The notes below the pieces were generated by a model. It was not told the DNA's origin and did not search any database. It saw only the letters and a list, made by a program, of their open reading frames with translations. From Leucoraja erinacea (Eukaryota), in the NCBI RefSeq assembly GCF_028641065.1, contig NC_073393.1, forward strand, positions 21,638,001 to 21,702,000: a DNA stretch of 64,000 nucleotides, written 5' to 3'. Positions 38,067-50,394 of this stretch are shown piece by piece. Within the stretch, counting starts at the first letter, position 1; each line of letters begins with the position of its first letter. The position numbers and the translations under genes were made by a program.

Positions 38067-38104
38067 TCACTCGCTGTCGGAGTCTGAAGGCACCGCATCT
38101 TCCC
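38067..38104 (-). CDS. CMTM3: CMTM3 coding exon 5 (stop TGA); protein 175 aa
   Basis: ttctctctttggtccccAG acceptor; the phase 1 join gives GEDAVPSDSDSE*, matching the acidic SDSDSD tail of CMTM3. Confidence 0.9.
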
Positions 38105-38194
38105 CTGGGGACCAAAGAGAGAACCGTTAAACAGCTGCCAACAATTTCTGGCGGTACAGAGGGAGTGCCGCACTGTTTAGTTTGGCTTTCTTGT

Positions 38195-38495
38195 TTTTTT
38201 CTAACCAAAAATAATTTAATTTATTAAAAATAATATTTACAATATTAATATTTACAAATATAAAACGAAACAAAACCCACCACCGTAATACGAGTCAAAC
38301 AAAAATACTAAACAAACTACTATATAACTATATTATAATCCACATCGAGGATGACTTCCACCCCACGTGGTGCCCAATGATCTCGGAAATTCCCCGAGGA
38401 CGGCACGTGGTCCCTCTCAAGTACAAACCGGGGGCAGGTGTAACCCCGGTAAAGGGGCAAGCAGCCGGCTCGGTCACCTCAGTCTTAAGTGGCCT
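38195..38495 (-). mobile_element. Tx1/L1-like LINE 3' fragment
   Basis: Minus-strand translation CLPLYRGY...LERDH...FRDHWAPRGVEVILD, then an AT-rich 3' UTR with AATAAA and an A-rich tail. Confidence 0.55.
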
Positions 38496-38499
38496 CCCC

Positions 38500-40890
38500 A
38501 CAGTCCCCTGGTCCTGGACTCGCCCAACATAGGGAACATTTTTCCTGCATCTAGCTTGTCCAGTCCTTTAATAATTTTATATGTTTCTATAAGATCCCCT
38601 CATCCTTCTATACTCCAGTGAATACAAGTCTAGTCTTTTCAACCCCACATTTATCTATATTATAATGCATCTGCCACGCATCTGCCCACTCATTCAACCA
38701 GTCCAGGTCACCCTGCAACCTCCTAACATCCTCTTCACAGTTCACACTGCCACCCAGCTTCATGTTATCTGCAAACTTACTAGTGTTGCTCCTAATTCCC
38801 TCTTCCAAATCATATATATATATGGTAAACAGTTATGGCCCCAACACCGAGCCTTGCGGCACTCCACTCGCCACTGCCTGCCATTCTGAAAAGGACCCGT
38901 TCACTCCTACTCTTTGCTTCCTGTCTGCCAACCAATTTTCTATCCATGTCAACACCCTACCCCCAATACAATGTGCTCTAATTTTAGTCACCAGTCTCCC
39001 ATGGCAGCCCTTTATCCATTTTAATTGTCAAGATTAGTCAAGCATGATTTTCCTTTCATAAATCCATGTTGACTTGGACTAATCCTTTTACTGCTATCCA
39101 AATGCCCCATTTTGTACCTATTTAATAATTGACTCCAGCATCTTTCCCAGCACTGAAGTCAGGCTAACTGGTCTGTAATTCCCCATTTTCTCTCTCGCTC
39201 CTTTCTTGAAAATATCCTACAATTCACAAGAACTGATCCTGAATCTATTGAACATTGGAAAATGATCACCAATGTGTCCACTATTTCTAGAGCCACCTCC
39301 CTGAGGACCCTGGGATGCAGACCATCAGGCCCAGGGGGTTTATCATCCTTCAGTCCCATTAGCCTACCCAATACTATTTCTCTCCTAATGAAAATTTATT
39401 TCAGTTCCTCGACCCCCTTAGATCCTCTGTCCTCCAGTACTTCTGGGAGATTGTTTGTGTCTTCCTTACTGAAGACAGATCCGAAGTACCTGTTCAGCTT
39501 TTCTACCATTTCCTTGTACCCCATAATAATTTCACCCGTGTCTGCCTTCAAAGGACCCACATTTGACTTTGCTATACTTTTTCCCTTAACATATCTACAG
39601 AAGCTTTTACTGTCCTTCTTTATATTCCTGGCCAGCTTCCCCTCGTACTTCATCTTTTCAGCCCGTATTGCCCATTTTGTTTCCTTCTGTTATCCTATGA
39701 AACTACATCACTGACACTTCCGATTTAACCTTCTCCTTCTCAAATTACAGATTTAAATGAATCATATTATGATTACTACCTCCAAGCTGTTCCTTTACCT
39801 CGAGTTCTCTTATCAAATCTGGTTCATTGGACAATACTAAATCCAGAATTGCCTTTTCTCTGGTCGGCTCCATTACAAGCTGCTCTAAGACTCCATCTCG
39901 GAGGCATTCTACAAACTCTCTTTCTTGGGGTCCTGAACCAACCGGATTTTCCCAGTCCACCTGCATATTGAAATCCCCCATCACCACAGTGGCATTACCT
40001 TTGTTACATGCCAGTTTTAACTCCTGCTGCAACTTACACCCTACATCCGGGCTACTATTTGGGGGTCTCTAGATAATGCCAGTTAGTGTCTTCTTGCCTT
40101 TGCAATTCCTCAACTCAATCCACAGTGACTCCACCTCGTCAGTCCCTATGTCTTCCCTCGCAAGGGACTGATTCCATTCCTCACCAGAAGAGCTGTTCAC
40201 CTGCCTGTCCTTTCTATAGGATATATAACCCTGAATATTAAATTTCCAGGCCTGAACCTCCTGCAGCCACGTCTCAGTAATCCCCACAATGTCATATCTA
40301 CCAACCTCTAACTGAGCCTCAAGCTCATCTACTTTATTTCTTATACTTCACGCATTCAAATACAATACTTTGAATTCCTTACGCATCTCACCTTTCACAT
40401 CGATCACTATTACACTTGGCCGTACTCTCCTATCCCTTTGTGAGCTTCCTTTCCCGTTAATTCTGGTGTCATTAACTATCCCTTTACTCCCTTTCCCTTT
40501 AACTCCATCCTTGATTATCCCATTTGACATCCCCCCTCCTTATTCAGTTTAAAACCACCCATGTAGCAGTAACAAACCTGCCTACCAGAATGTTGGTCGC
40601 CCACCTGTTAAGGTGCAATCCGCCCCTTTTGTACAGTTCCCCCTTACTCCAAAACAGATCCCAGTGGTCTAAGAATCTAAATCCCTGCACCAGTTCCTCA
40701 GCAACCCATTCAGGTCCTGTATATCCCTGTTCCTGCTCTCGCCAGCACAAGGAACTGGAAGCAAACCGGAGATAACCACCCTGGAGGTTCTGTTTTTCAG
40801 CACTTTTCTGAGCTCTCTAAAGTCACGCTACAGAATATTCATCCCCTTCTTTACAACTTCGTTTGTGCCAACATGCACTACAACTTCTGA
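38500..40890 (-). mobile_element. Internally deleted CR1 LINE (ORF1 esterase, ORF2 endonuclease and RT remnants) in CMTM3 intron 4
   Basis: FRFLDHWDLFW...GLHLN (SGNH-type ORF1); KVLYLNA, GITETWL, VMGDFN, PTREKAILDLVL (APE endonuclease); PGPDGLHPRVLRE and SKFADNMKL (RT). Confidence 0.92.
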
Positions 40891-40896
40891 CTTCTT

Positions 40897-41170
40897 GATT
40901 GATTGAAAGATACAGCATGGAAACAGGCCCTTCGGCCCACCGAGACCATGCCGACCATTGATCACCCATTCACATCAGTTCTATGTTATCCCCCTTTCAC
41001 CTTCATTGTCAGTGCAATTTCCAGAGACCAATTAACCTACAAGGGAGGAACCCGGAGCACCGAGAGAAAACCCGCGTGGTCATAGGGAAAATGTGCAGAC
41101 TCCACACAGACAGCACCCGAGGTGAGGATCGAACCTGGGTTTTTGGCGCTGTGAGGCAGATGCTCTAACG
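40897..41170 (-). mobile_element. HE1-like V-SINE
   Basis: Reverse complement of the consensus. Confidence 0.85.
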
Positions 41171-41270
41171 GGCTGGTATTGGGGTCTTGTGAAGTGGCTG
41201 AGAGTCTTTTGCAGGGGACATACAAATGCAGGCTGGTGGGGAGTGGGTGCGGGCCCAGGTGCCGCCATAC

Positions 41271-41394
41271 CTGTGGACTTCCTGATGGTGGCGGTGTGGG
41301 TGGGCAGCTCCTGTGGGTTGATGAAGATCACCAGCTGGTTGAAGATGCCGTAGAAATCAAAGGCAAAGACAACGGTGGCCACGAACCCAAAGAT
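41271..41394 (-). CDS. CMTM3: CMTM3 coding exon 4
   Basis: ccacAG acceptor; IFGFVATVVFAFDFYGIFNQLVIFINPQELPTHTATIRKST plus 1 nt; donor GTATGG; phase 1. Confidence 0.93.
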
Positions 41395-41703
41395 CTGTGG
41401 AAGTGGGAAGGGTGAAGGGTGAGAGGTGGGTAAGGTAGGGGGACAAGAAGGGAGAGGATGGGGGATGAGAGGGAAGAGGTGGTGGAGAGGACGATCAGGG
41501 AGGAGGCGGATTGGTGAAGAGGAGAGTGGGGAGGGGAGGCACAAGAGGGGGAAGGAGGAGACTAGGTGGGGAGAGGATGGGCAAGTCAGGGAAGGAGTGG
41601 GGAGCCGTGGTGGGAGAGCGTGAGGGGGCGGGAGGGCTGGGGAGGGAGAGTGAGGGGAGGGAGAGTGAGGGGATGGGTGGAACCAGGGAGTAAGGCTACT
41701 CAC

Positions 41704-41796
41704 GCCCGCCGCCTTCGAGCCCGCGCTACTCTTTGTGACGGCGTAAATCGAGATCGCAAAGAAGATGATGGCAGCGGTGATGCAGCGGAGGAAATC
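41704..41796 (-). CDS. CMTM3: CMTM3 coding exon 3
   Basis: ttgcAG acceptor; DFLRCITAAIIFFAISIYAVTKSSAGSKAAG (cf. human DFLRCVTAALIYFAISI...SKAAG); GTGAGT donor. Confidence 0.96.
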
Positions 41797-42119
41797 CTGC
41801 AAGGTTTTCGATCAAAATAAATTGCATTGGAAGAAGCTACAGATTCGAGACTGCAGGCTGCTGTAATAACTGGTATCATGCTGGATAACATCTACATGAG
41901 ACCCCACTCAACCTGCTCCTTGCTTCTCTTACATACACTCATCACCCACCCCCGTCCCAAATTCCCCATCTATCCCCCTCTTTCACCTCTCTGTCCCCTT
42001 CCACCCATATCCCCTCCTCCAACTGACCCAGCTTTACATTTCACTCTTCCTCCCCTTGTCTGGCTATTTACTCCAATGAAGCATAAGTTGCTGGGTTATA
42101 TATTTAGGTTTATTACAGA

Positions 42120-42450
42120 GACATAGTCACACGGCACAGAAACACATCCTTCAGCTCCACTTGCCCGAGTCGACCAAAATCTCCATCTGCACGAGTCCCA
42201 TTTGCCTGCATTTGGCCCATATCCCTCTAAACGTCCCATATCCAAGTGTCTTTTAAATGTTATATGACCTGCCTCAACTACCTCATCTGACAGATCATTC
42301 CATATACCTACAACCCACTGTGTGAAAAAGTTGCCCCTCAAGTTCATATTAAATTTTGCCTCTGTGTCCTTAAACATACGCCCTCTTATTTTTAAATTCC
42401 CATATGCTCGGTAAAATGCTCAGTGCATGCACCCTATTTATTCCCCTCAT
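42120..42450 (-). mobile_element. CR1 LINE 3' end
   Basis: NLRGNFFTQWVVGIWNDL. Confidence 0.8.
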
Positions 42451-42499
42451 TATTATCACATGTATCGAGGTACAGCTGATGAACAATAACTTGTTAAAA

Positions 42500-43130
42500 T
42501 TCAGTTTAGTTTAGTTTATTGTAACGTGTCCGAGAGACGTGTTATGTGCGTGCTATTCAGTCAGCGGAAAGACTATACATGATTACAATCGAGCTGTCCA
42601 CAGTGTTCAGATACAGGATAAAGGGAATAACACTTAAAGTCCAATTAAAGGTTCGTTTCCAATGAGGGTCTCCAATGAGGTAGATGGGAGGTCAGGACTG
42701 CTCTCTAGTTGTTGATAGGATGGTTCAGTTGCCTGATAACAGCTGCGAAGAAACTGACCCTGAAGAAGGGTCTCGGCCCTGAAGAAGGGGTTCATTGGCT
42801 ATATTTAAGAGGGAGTTAGATGTGGCCCTTGTGGCTAAGGGGATCAGGGGGTATGGAGAGAAGGCAGGTACAGGATACTGAGTTGGAATGTCAGCCATGA
42901 TCATATTGAATGGCGGTGCAGGCTCGAAGGGCCGAATGGCCTACTCCTGCACCTAATTTCTATGTTTCTATGTTTCAAACGTCACCTATTTCTTCGCTCC
43001 ATAGCTGCTGCCTGACCCGCTGAGTTTCTCCAGCGTTTTTGTCTACCTTCTGAATTTGGAGGTGTGCGTTTACACAGTTCCGTACCTCTTGTTTGATGGG
43101 AGAGGGGAGAAGAGGGTGAGACTCATACTT
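42500..43130. mobile_element. Nested stack: Rex1-like 3' end containing a Penelope-derived repeat (~42760-43050) that is itself split by a young CR1 tail (~42790-42975)
   Basis: Each host sequence resumes after its insert. Confidence 0.75.
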
Positions 43131-43222
43131 GATTATGTGTGGTGTCCTTGCTGAGGCAGGTGCCCAGCGCTATCTGAGGGAGCAGGGTTGGGGAGGTACC
43201 AACGATGAGGGAAGTTACTTAC

Positions 43223-43378
43223 GATGAGAGGGCAGTGAAAGCCCCTAAAGCGCTCGACAAACTTGGTCACATAGAGGTAGTATGCGGTCAGAGCGAGCAG
43301 GAACTCGATGAGCGGCGCGGTGAAGAGGAAGACCACGGACGATGCCAGGTAGCAGATGAAGATGATAAAGGACAACAC
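43223..43378 (-). CDS. CMTM3: CMTM3 coding exon 2
   Basis: ctctAG acceptor; VLSFIIFICYLASSVVFLFTAPLIEFLLAL...RGFHCPLI (156 nt); GTAAGT donor. Confidence 0.96.
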
Positions 43379-43564
43379 CTAGAGTGGGGAGGAGGTGAGT
43401 GTCAACATTAGCATGTCACGGCGGGGTTGCCTCACCACCCCCAGGCCAGTCATACCCCCTCCCCTCCCCCCTTACACATATCTCTACCCCCCCACTCTAC
43501 CCCATGCACCCTTCGACACCTCAAGCAGCCCCTCGCCACCTATGGAATGGTCACAGGAGACATT

Positions 43565-43830
43565 GGCGATACAGCCGGACACAGGCCCTTTGGCCCATCG
43601 ACCAGCGATCAACCCATACACTCACACCATCATACACACTTGGGACAATTTACAATTGTTCCAAAAACTACAACCCCGCACATCTTTGGAGTTTGAGAGC
43701 ACACGGAGAAATCCCACGCGGTCACAGCGAGAAGGTACAAACTCCACACAGACAGCACCCGTAGTCAGGATCAATCCTGGGTCCCTGGCGCTGTAAGGCA
43801 GCAACTCTACTGCTGCGCCAACAATGCTGC
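43565..43830 (-). mobile_element. HE1-like V-SINE
   Basis: Reverse complement of the consensus. Confidence 0.87.
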
Positions 43831-44413
43831 CATTTGGCCCTGGGGCCATTCAGCCCAATGTACTCCTGCCGGCTCTTTGAAGGAACTGCCCAATCAGTCT
43901 AGGATGCCATGGACCAAGTATTTCTCCACCTGACCTCTGAAGTTCCCGCTCAGTTGCTAACTCTCCACGCCCCCATTCACCCCCTGCCGTATCCGTCCCG
44001 CCTGAGTAAAACACAAAGCTCAAGAGGAACTCAGCGGGCCAGGCAACATCAGTGGAGGGAATGGATATAGACGATTTTTCGGATCGGAACCTTTCTTCAG
44101 ACTGATGGAGCACGGTGGAGAAAGCTGGATAGAGTGGTGGGGGCACGAGAAAGTCTGCCGAGTGATAGGTGGATGGAGGTGAGGGGGGGGGGGGGGGATG
44201 GGCAGATGGGTGGAGTAAGAAAGGCTGGATGTGAAAAGGTGACAAAAGGGTGTCAGATAAGGAGAGGAAGAGTGAAATGTAAAGTCTTCTGTCCATGCCC
44301 TCCACAGATGCTGCCTGACCTGCTGAGTTCCTCCAGCAGTTTGTGCTTTTCACTCAGGATTCTACCATCTGCACTTCCTCATGTCCCCATTCTCATCTTT
44401 CTCGTCTCCTCTA

Positions 44414-44730
44414 GTTTAATTTAGTTTAGTTTAGACATACAGCATGGAAAAATGGCCCTTCAGCCGACCGAGTCTGCGCTGACCAACAATCCCCGCAGAC
44501 TAACACTATCCTACACACACACTAGGGACAATTTACAATTTACAAGTCAATTAACCTACAATCCTGTACTTCTTTGGAATGTGGGAGGAAATCGAACTAC
44601 CCAGCGAAAACCCACGCGGTCACAGGGAGAATGTACACACTACATACAGCCAAGCTTCCATAGTCAGGATTGAACCTGGGTCTCTGGCACTGTAAGGCAG
44701 CAACTGTACCACTGCATCACTGTGCCACCC
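44414..44730 (-). mobile_element. HE1-like V-SINE
   Basis: Reverse complement of the consensus, with a (tttag)n tail. Confidence 0.88.
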
Positions 44731-45129
44731 TACACTGCACCACCATGCTGTATCGCTCCAGCTACAGATCTTTTGTCAATAGGAACACTTTCTACTTTGC
44801 TCATGACTTACAACATCTCTATTTCCCCCCCCCCCCACCTTCCTCTTGTAACACCAATAGCTCCAACCACACGTCTCTGGGGCCCTATAAAGAAACGGTC
44901 TCTGCAGCCTCTTCCGGTCGATTACATCCTTCCAAAGGTGCAAAGTCACAGTGTCTTCCAGCACGGAAACAAGCCCTTTATCCCAACTCATCCATGCCAA
45001 CCAAGATGCCTCATCTAAACTTGTACATTTGCCCATGTTTGGCCCATATCCTTTTAAACATATCCATTTACCATAAGTATCTCTGTATTGTGTAAAGGGG
45101 GGTGTGAGTTATAAAGTCAAGCATTTCAA

Positions 45130-46575
45130 ATCATGTGCACAAAATACATGAGAGGAATAGATCGTGAAAATGCACAGTCTCTTGTCCAGAGTTGAGGACA
45201 TGGGTTTAAGAAGAGGGGGGAAAGATTTAATAGGAACCTTAAGGGTAACCTTTTCACACAAAGGGTGGTGGGTGTATGGCATGTGCTGCCAGACTAGGTA
45301 GTTTGCGGCAGTTACTATTGCAACGTTTAAGAAACATTTAGACGGGTACATGGATAGGGCACATTTAGGGGGATATGGGCCAAATGGAGGCAAGTGGGAC
45401 TAGTGTAGTTGGGGAAGGTGTAGACGGCCGGTGTGGGCAAGGTCTCAGTTTCCATGCTGTATACCTCTACGACTAAATGCTTTTTAGCAGTAAATGGCAG
45501 ATCCCTAAGAAGCATTGATGTAGAGAAGGAATCGAGGATGCATGTTTATAGCTTGCTAAAAGCAGCAATACAATTATCTGGGTGGCACGGTGGTGCATCA
45601 GTAGAGTTTGTATGTACAGAGTTTGTACATTCTCCCTGTGTTCTTATCGAGTCCACATCACAAGATTAGAAATTGTTCAGCCAGAGCTGAACACACTTTT
45701 CGGCATCTGTATACAATTCTGTCTTGCGCTTCTTGTGGTGGAAAGATTGGTGGAAATAGGACGCAACGTGAATGCACTTTCCTTGACCCCATTCTCCTTG
45801 TGACCTCATGGGTTTTCTCCTGGCGCTCCGGTTTTCTCCCACACTTCAATGACGTGCAGGTTTGTAGGTTAATTGCCTTTGGTGAAGATTGTAAATTGTC
45901 CCTGGTGTGTAGGATAGTGCTACTGTACGGGATGATTGTTGGTCAGTGCGTTGAAGGGTCTGTTTCCGCACTACACCTCTAAACTAAACTAAACAAATCT
46001 ATGCAATTCTGGTTGCCTCATTACATGAAGGAAATGGAGGATTTGGTAAGGGTGCCAAAATGATTTACCAAGATGCTTCCTGGATTACAGAATATTAGCT
46101 TTAAGGGGAGGTTGGACAACTTGAATTGTTTTGTCTGAAGCGTTGGAGGCTTAGGGGAGACCCGGAGACTTACAAAATTCTTAAGGGGTTGGACAGGCTA
46201 GATGCAGGAAGATTGTTCCCGATGTTGGGGAAGTCCAGAACAAGTGGTCACAGTTTAAGGATAAGGGGAAATATTTTAGGACCGAGATGAGGAAAACATT
46301 TTTCACACAGAGAGTGGTGAAGCTCTGGAATTCTGCCACAGAAGGTAGTTGAGGCCAGTTCATTGGCTATATTTAAGAGGGAGTTAGATGTGGCCCTTGT
46401 GGCTAAAGGGATCAGGGGGTATGGAGAGAATGCAGGTACATGATACTGAGTTGGATGATCAGCCATGATCATATTGAATGGCGGTGCAGGCTCGAAGGGC
46501 TGAATGACCTACTCCTGCACCTAATTTCTATGTTTCTATGATAGAAGTTTATAAAATGATGAGAGGGACAGGTAG
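45130..46575 (+). mobile_element. Cluster of CR1 3' fragments and fragmented HE1-like SINEs
   Basis: CR1 tails at ~45130-45475 and ~46165-46540; SINE pieces at ~45581-45640 and ~45790-45995. Confidence 0.8.
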
Positions 46576-47371
46576 TCCCTTGTCTTGCCCCACCTCTCCT
46601 TTCCAGCTTCCTCCCACTGCTCCATTGTCTGAAGAAGGGTCACAACCCAAAACATCCATTCCCTCCACAGATGCTGCCTAACCCACAAAGTTCCTCCAGC
46701 ACTTTGTGTTTTTTTTCCCAAAGATTCCAGCACCTGCAGTTCCTTGGGTCTCCTAGCATGTGATAGGTAGATATAGGTGAGTAGGGGTGGGGAGTTTGGC
46801 AGGTGGTTGGGTGTGTATAGGGGTAGAGACATAAGGGACTGCAGATGCTGGAATCTTGAGTAAAACATGAAGTGCTGGAGGAACTGAATGGGCCAGGCAT
46901 CAGATGAGGTTAAGAGCGCTGCATGTGAACCTCTGCTCACCTGAAATGACTGCTGGGGCCCCTGGATTGAGCTGAGGAAGGAGGTATAAACTCAGTCTGA
47001 AGAAGGGTTTCTACCTGAAGCGTCACCTATTCCTTTTCTCCAGAGATGCTGCCTGACTCGCTGAGTTACTCCAACTTTTTGTGTCTACTTCCGAGGAGGT
47101 ATAAGGACAGGTGTTACATCTCCTGTGGTTGCAGGGGAAAGTACCTGGGGAAGGTGGGAAGGGATGAGTAAACCAAGGAGTTGTGGAGGGAGCGGTAAAG
47201 CGTGAAAATGAGACAGATTAAGTCGTCAGATAAGGAAAGGAAGAGGAGTGAAATGTAAAGCTGGAGAGAGGGATGTGGGAGCAGTGTAGATCCGTGGACA
47301 CAAGGGGGCTTGGGGAACGGAGTTCTGTAGAACTTCAAACATGCATCTTGAAAATCAGGCATCATTCTTAC

Positions 47372-47424
47372 CAAAGATCCTTTAGCTCGCTATAGGACAA
47401 AGATCCTTTGCTATAGGATCTTTG
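47372..47424. mobile_element. 53-bp palindromic transposon remnant with perfect 8-bp TSD
   Basis: ATTCTTAC|caaagatcctttagc...gctataggatctttg|ATTCTTAC. Confidence 0.8.
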
Positions 47425-47445
47425 ATTCTTACAAGGTCTTACAAC

Positions 47446-47481
47446 GAACGATCTTAGACCTTCTCCGCTCCAGTATCTTTG
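47446..47481. mobile_element. 36-bp degenerate remnant of the same family with perfect 8-bp TSD
   Basis: CTTACAAC|gaacgatcttagaccttctccgctccagtatctttg|CTTACAAC. Confidence 0.6.
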
Positions 47482-47834
47482 CTTACAACAGTCTGAAGAA
47501 GGGCCTCGACCCGAAAAGTCACCCATTCCTTCTCTCCAGAGATGCTGCCTGTCCCGCTGAGTTACTCCAGCATTTTGTGTCTATCCTCGGTGTAAACCCG
47601 CATATGCAGTTCCTTCCTACCTACACATGATTCTTACAAATTCCCCAATTGCTATCCATACAAAAGCTTGCGACCCGTTGCCAAAACAAACAGGAACTCT
47701 GCGATTAACAGAGGGCTGTTTCTTTTGGCACCGTTTGAGCGAAGCTTTAGTTGTCATCGGCGCCGATGCTGTAAGCAGAACGAGGGAATGCGGTGGAGGG
47801 GAGTGCGGATTTGTCAGCGATTGCGGACACTCAC

Positions 47835-47951
47835 CACCTCGGCGGCCAGCAGCAAACCCTTCCGAGAAGTCAAGAAAGCTCTGTCCGCGATTAAAGCGCC
47901 AAGCCCCGGTTGGGACTGGGGACTAGGCTCCGGTGATTCGCACTCGCTCAT
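47835..47951 (-). CDS. CMTM3: CKLF-like MARVEL transmembrane domain containing 3, coding exon 1 of 5
   Basis: Not in the ORF track (39 aa): MSECESPEPSPQSQPGLGALIADRAFLTSRKGLLLAAEV (cf. human GLRALLPARAFLCSLKGRLLLAE). GTGAGT donor. A pyrimidine tract plus AG at 47966-65 suggests an upstream non-coding exon. Confidence 0.93.
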
Positions 47952-49009
47952 CTCCACACTGGTTCTGGGTGATGAGGGGAGGGGAGGAGGGAGAGGGTGA
48001 GGGTGAGCAAAATAAGTTTAAATTGGGGGGGAAATTGGAGCACTTGGGGAAAAAAAAAATACAGAGGGACTTCAGCGGAAAACGGAAACAGTGTGCAGAG
48101 ACTTGGGATGTCCAGTGTAAGGGCTAGAAACAATGGAACTATTACAGCAAAAATACCCAGCAAACAGGAAATTAAAAAAAAAAGCAAGGGGACTGAGTGA
48201 AATCAGCAACAGCTCTGCGTTGTTAAAACCCAATCACCCCTCAGCTCTGCTGAAATTAGTTATTGAAACTTTGCAAATAATTGCAAAACAATATTGTCAG
48301 CGTCTTGGTCATCCTTGACAATGTCTTTGCATTCGAACCTTTGCAAGCAATCGTGAAGTTGCAAACTTTCCAATTTTATAGAACTTAAAACAAGTTTGCA
48401 AAATAAATCAGCTACAACCGCCCCCCCCCCCCCCCCCCCTCTTTATATTAAAAAAAAGCTTGTCGGTAACTTTCAGTATCTTTTGCAAAGTTCTTTTCTA
48501 AAAATAAACTGTACGGAAACTGATGCAAATATATATCTTTTGAGCAAAAACGTGTTGATGGTTTGTATTTCAAGCGCTCCTTTTACAGGGGGTTCCTGAA
48601 TCATGGTGAGATGCCGAATATAAATATCCCAAAGATAGACACAAAGTGCTGGTTTAAGTCAATGGGTCAGGCAGCAACTCAGGAGAACATGAATGGGTGG
48701 TGTTTCGGCTTGAGACCCTTCTTCAGCACGTTATGCCCATCTTTGGTATAAACCAACATATGGTTAGTTTCTATTTTTCTTAGCTTTTAAGTTTCTGCAA
48801 TTTAAATTTTCCATTGAGCTGCCTCAGGTGTAACCTTTAGGGTGGGCACAGAGTTTAGGTGGACACAAGGAACTGCAGGTGCTGGTTTACAAAGACAAAG
48901 CCACAAAGTGCTGGAGCAAATCAGCGGCTCGGGCAGCATCTCTGGAGAACATGGATAGGTGGCGTTTCAGGTTGAGACCCTTCTTTAGACATGGGTCTGA
49001 GGTTTTGGG

Positions 49010-49820
49010 TCTCAAGTATTCAAATGCATCACAGCATGGTTTGGGAACAGCTCCATCCAAACGGCAATAAATTGCAGAGAATTGCCTCCCTTCCATTGAT
49101 TCAGTCTACATTTCACGTTGCCTCGGCATGGCCACCAGCATAATTAAGGACGAGTCTTACCCCGGCATTCCCACTTCTCCCCTCTCCCATCAGGCAAGAG
49201 GTAGAGAAGTGTGAAAGCACACATCTCCAGATTCTGGAACAGTTTCTTACTAGCTGTTAACATAGAAACATAGAAAATAGGTGCAGGAGGAGGCCATTCG
49301 GCCCTTCGAGCCAGCACCGCCATTCATTGTGGTCATGGCTGATCGTCCCCTATCAATAACCCGTGCCTGCCTTCTCCCCATATCCCTTGACTCCACTAGC
49401 CCCTAGAGCTCTATCTAACTCTCTCTTAAATCCATCCAATGACTTGGCCTCCACTGCCCTCTGTGGCAGGGAATTCCATACATTCAAAACTCTCTGGGTG
49501 AAAAAGTTTTTTCTCACCTCAGCCTTAAATGACCTCCCCTTTATTCTGTTATCAGGCAACTGAACCATCATCCTATCACCAACTAGAGAGCAGTCCTGAG
49601 CTACCATCCATCTCATTGAAGACCCTCGTACTATCTTTAATAAAACGTTACCGGACTTTATCTTGCACTAAATGTTATTCCCTTTATCATGTATCTGTAC
49701 ACTGTGGACGGCTCGATTGTAATCATATATAGTCTGTCCGCTGACTGGATAGAATGCAACAAAACGCTTTTCGCTGTACCTTGGTACACGTGACACTAAA
49801 CTAAACTAAACCAAACTAAA
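49010..49820. mobile_element. Rex1/Babar-like 3' fragment (+) with a young CR1 3' end (-, ~49260-49545) inserted
   Basis: ctgtta is duplicated at 49254-59 and 49546-51. The CR1 reads FFTQRVLNVWNSLP. Confidence 0.83.
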
Positions 49821-50394
49821 TTACCTCTGGCCAGTATTTGCAAGATTTGCAGAGTTGCAGAGTTGATGGATTTCAAAAACAAACTCGCTAACACGCTTCC
49901 TGTGTTATTCTGTCTAATTTTCTCATTTTTGTAGTACTGAGGTGTGATGATTTGAGTCAATGAGTCACACAGAAGGGCATTTGGCCCATCAAGTTTCTAC
50001 TACTTCTATTAAGACCCCAATCCTACCCAAACTCAGTTTATGTCCCCCATCCCCCCCATAGTAGGTCGATACAGTGATGCAGCAGGTATATCCGCTGCCT
50101 CACAGCGCTGGACACCCGGGTTCCAACCTGACCTTGTGTGCCTTTTGTCTGTGTGGTGTTTGCACATTCTCCTTGTGACCGTATGAGTTTCCTCCGGGTG
50201 CTCCGGTTTCCTCCTACATCCCAATTTACAGCACCAACAGCCAATAATCTTTTAGAGTCCTAGTACCATACAGTACGGAAACAGGCCCTTCAACCTATCT
50301 TGCTCATGATGGTCAATATGCCCTATCTAAGCAAGTCCCACCTGCCTGCATTTGGCCCATATTCTTCTTAACCATACCTATCCTTTCCTATCGT

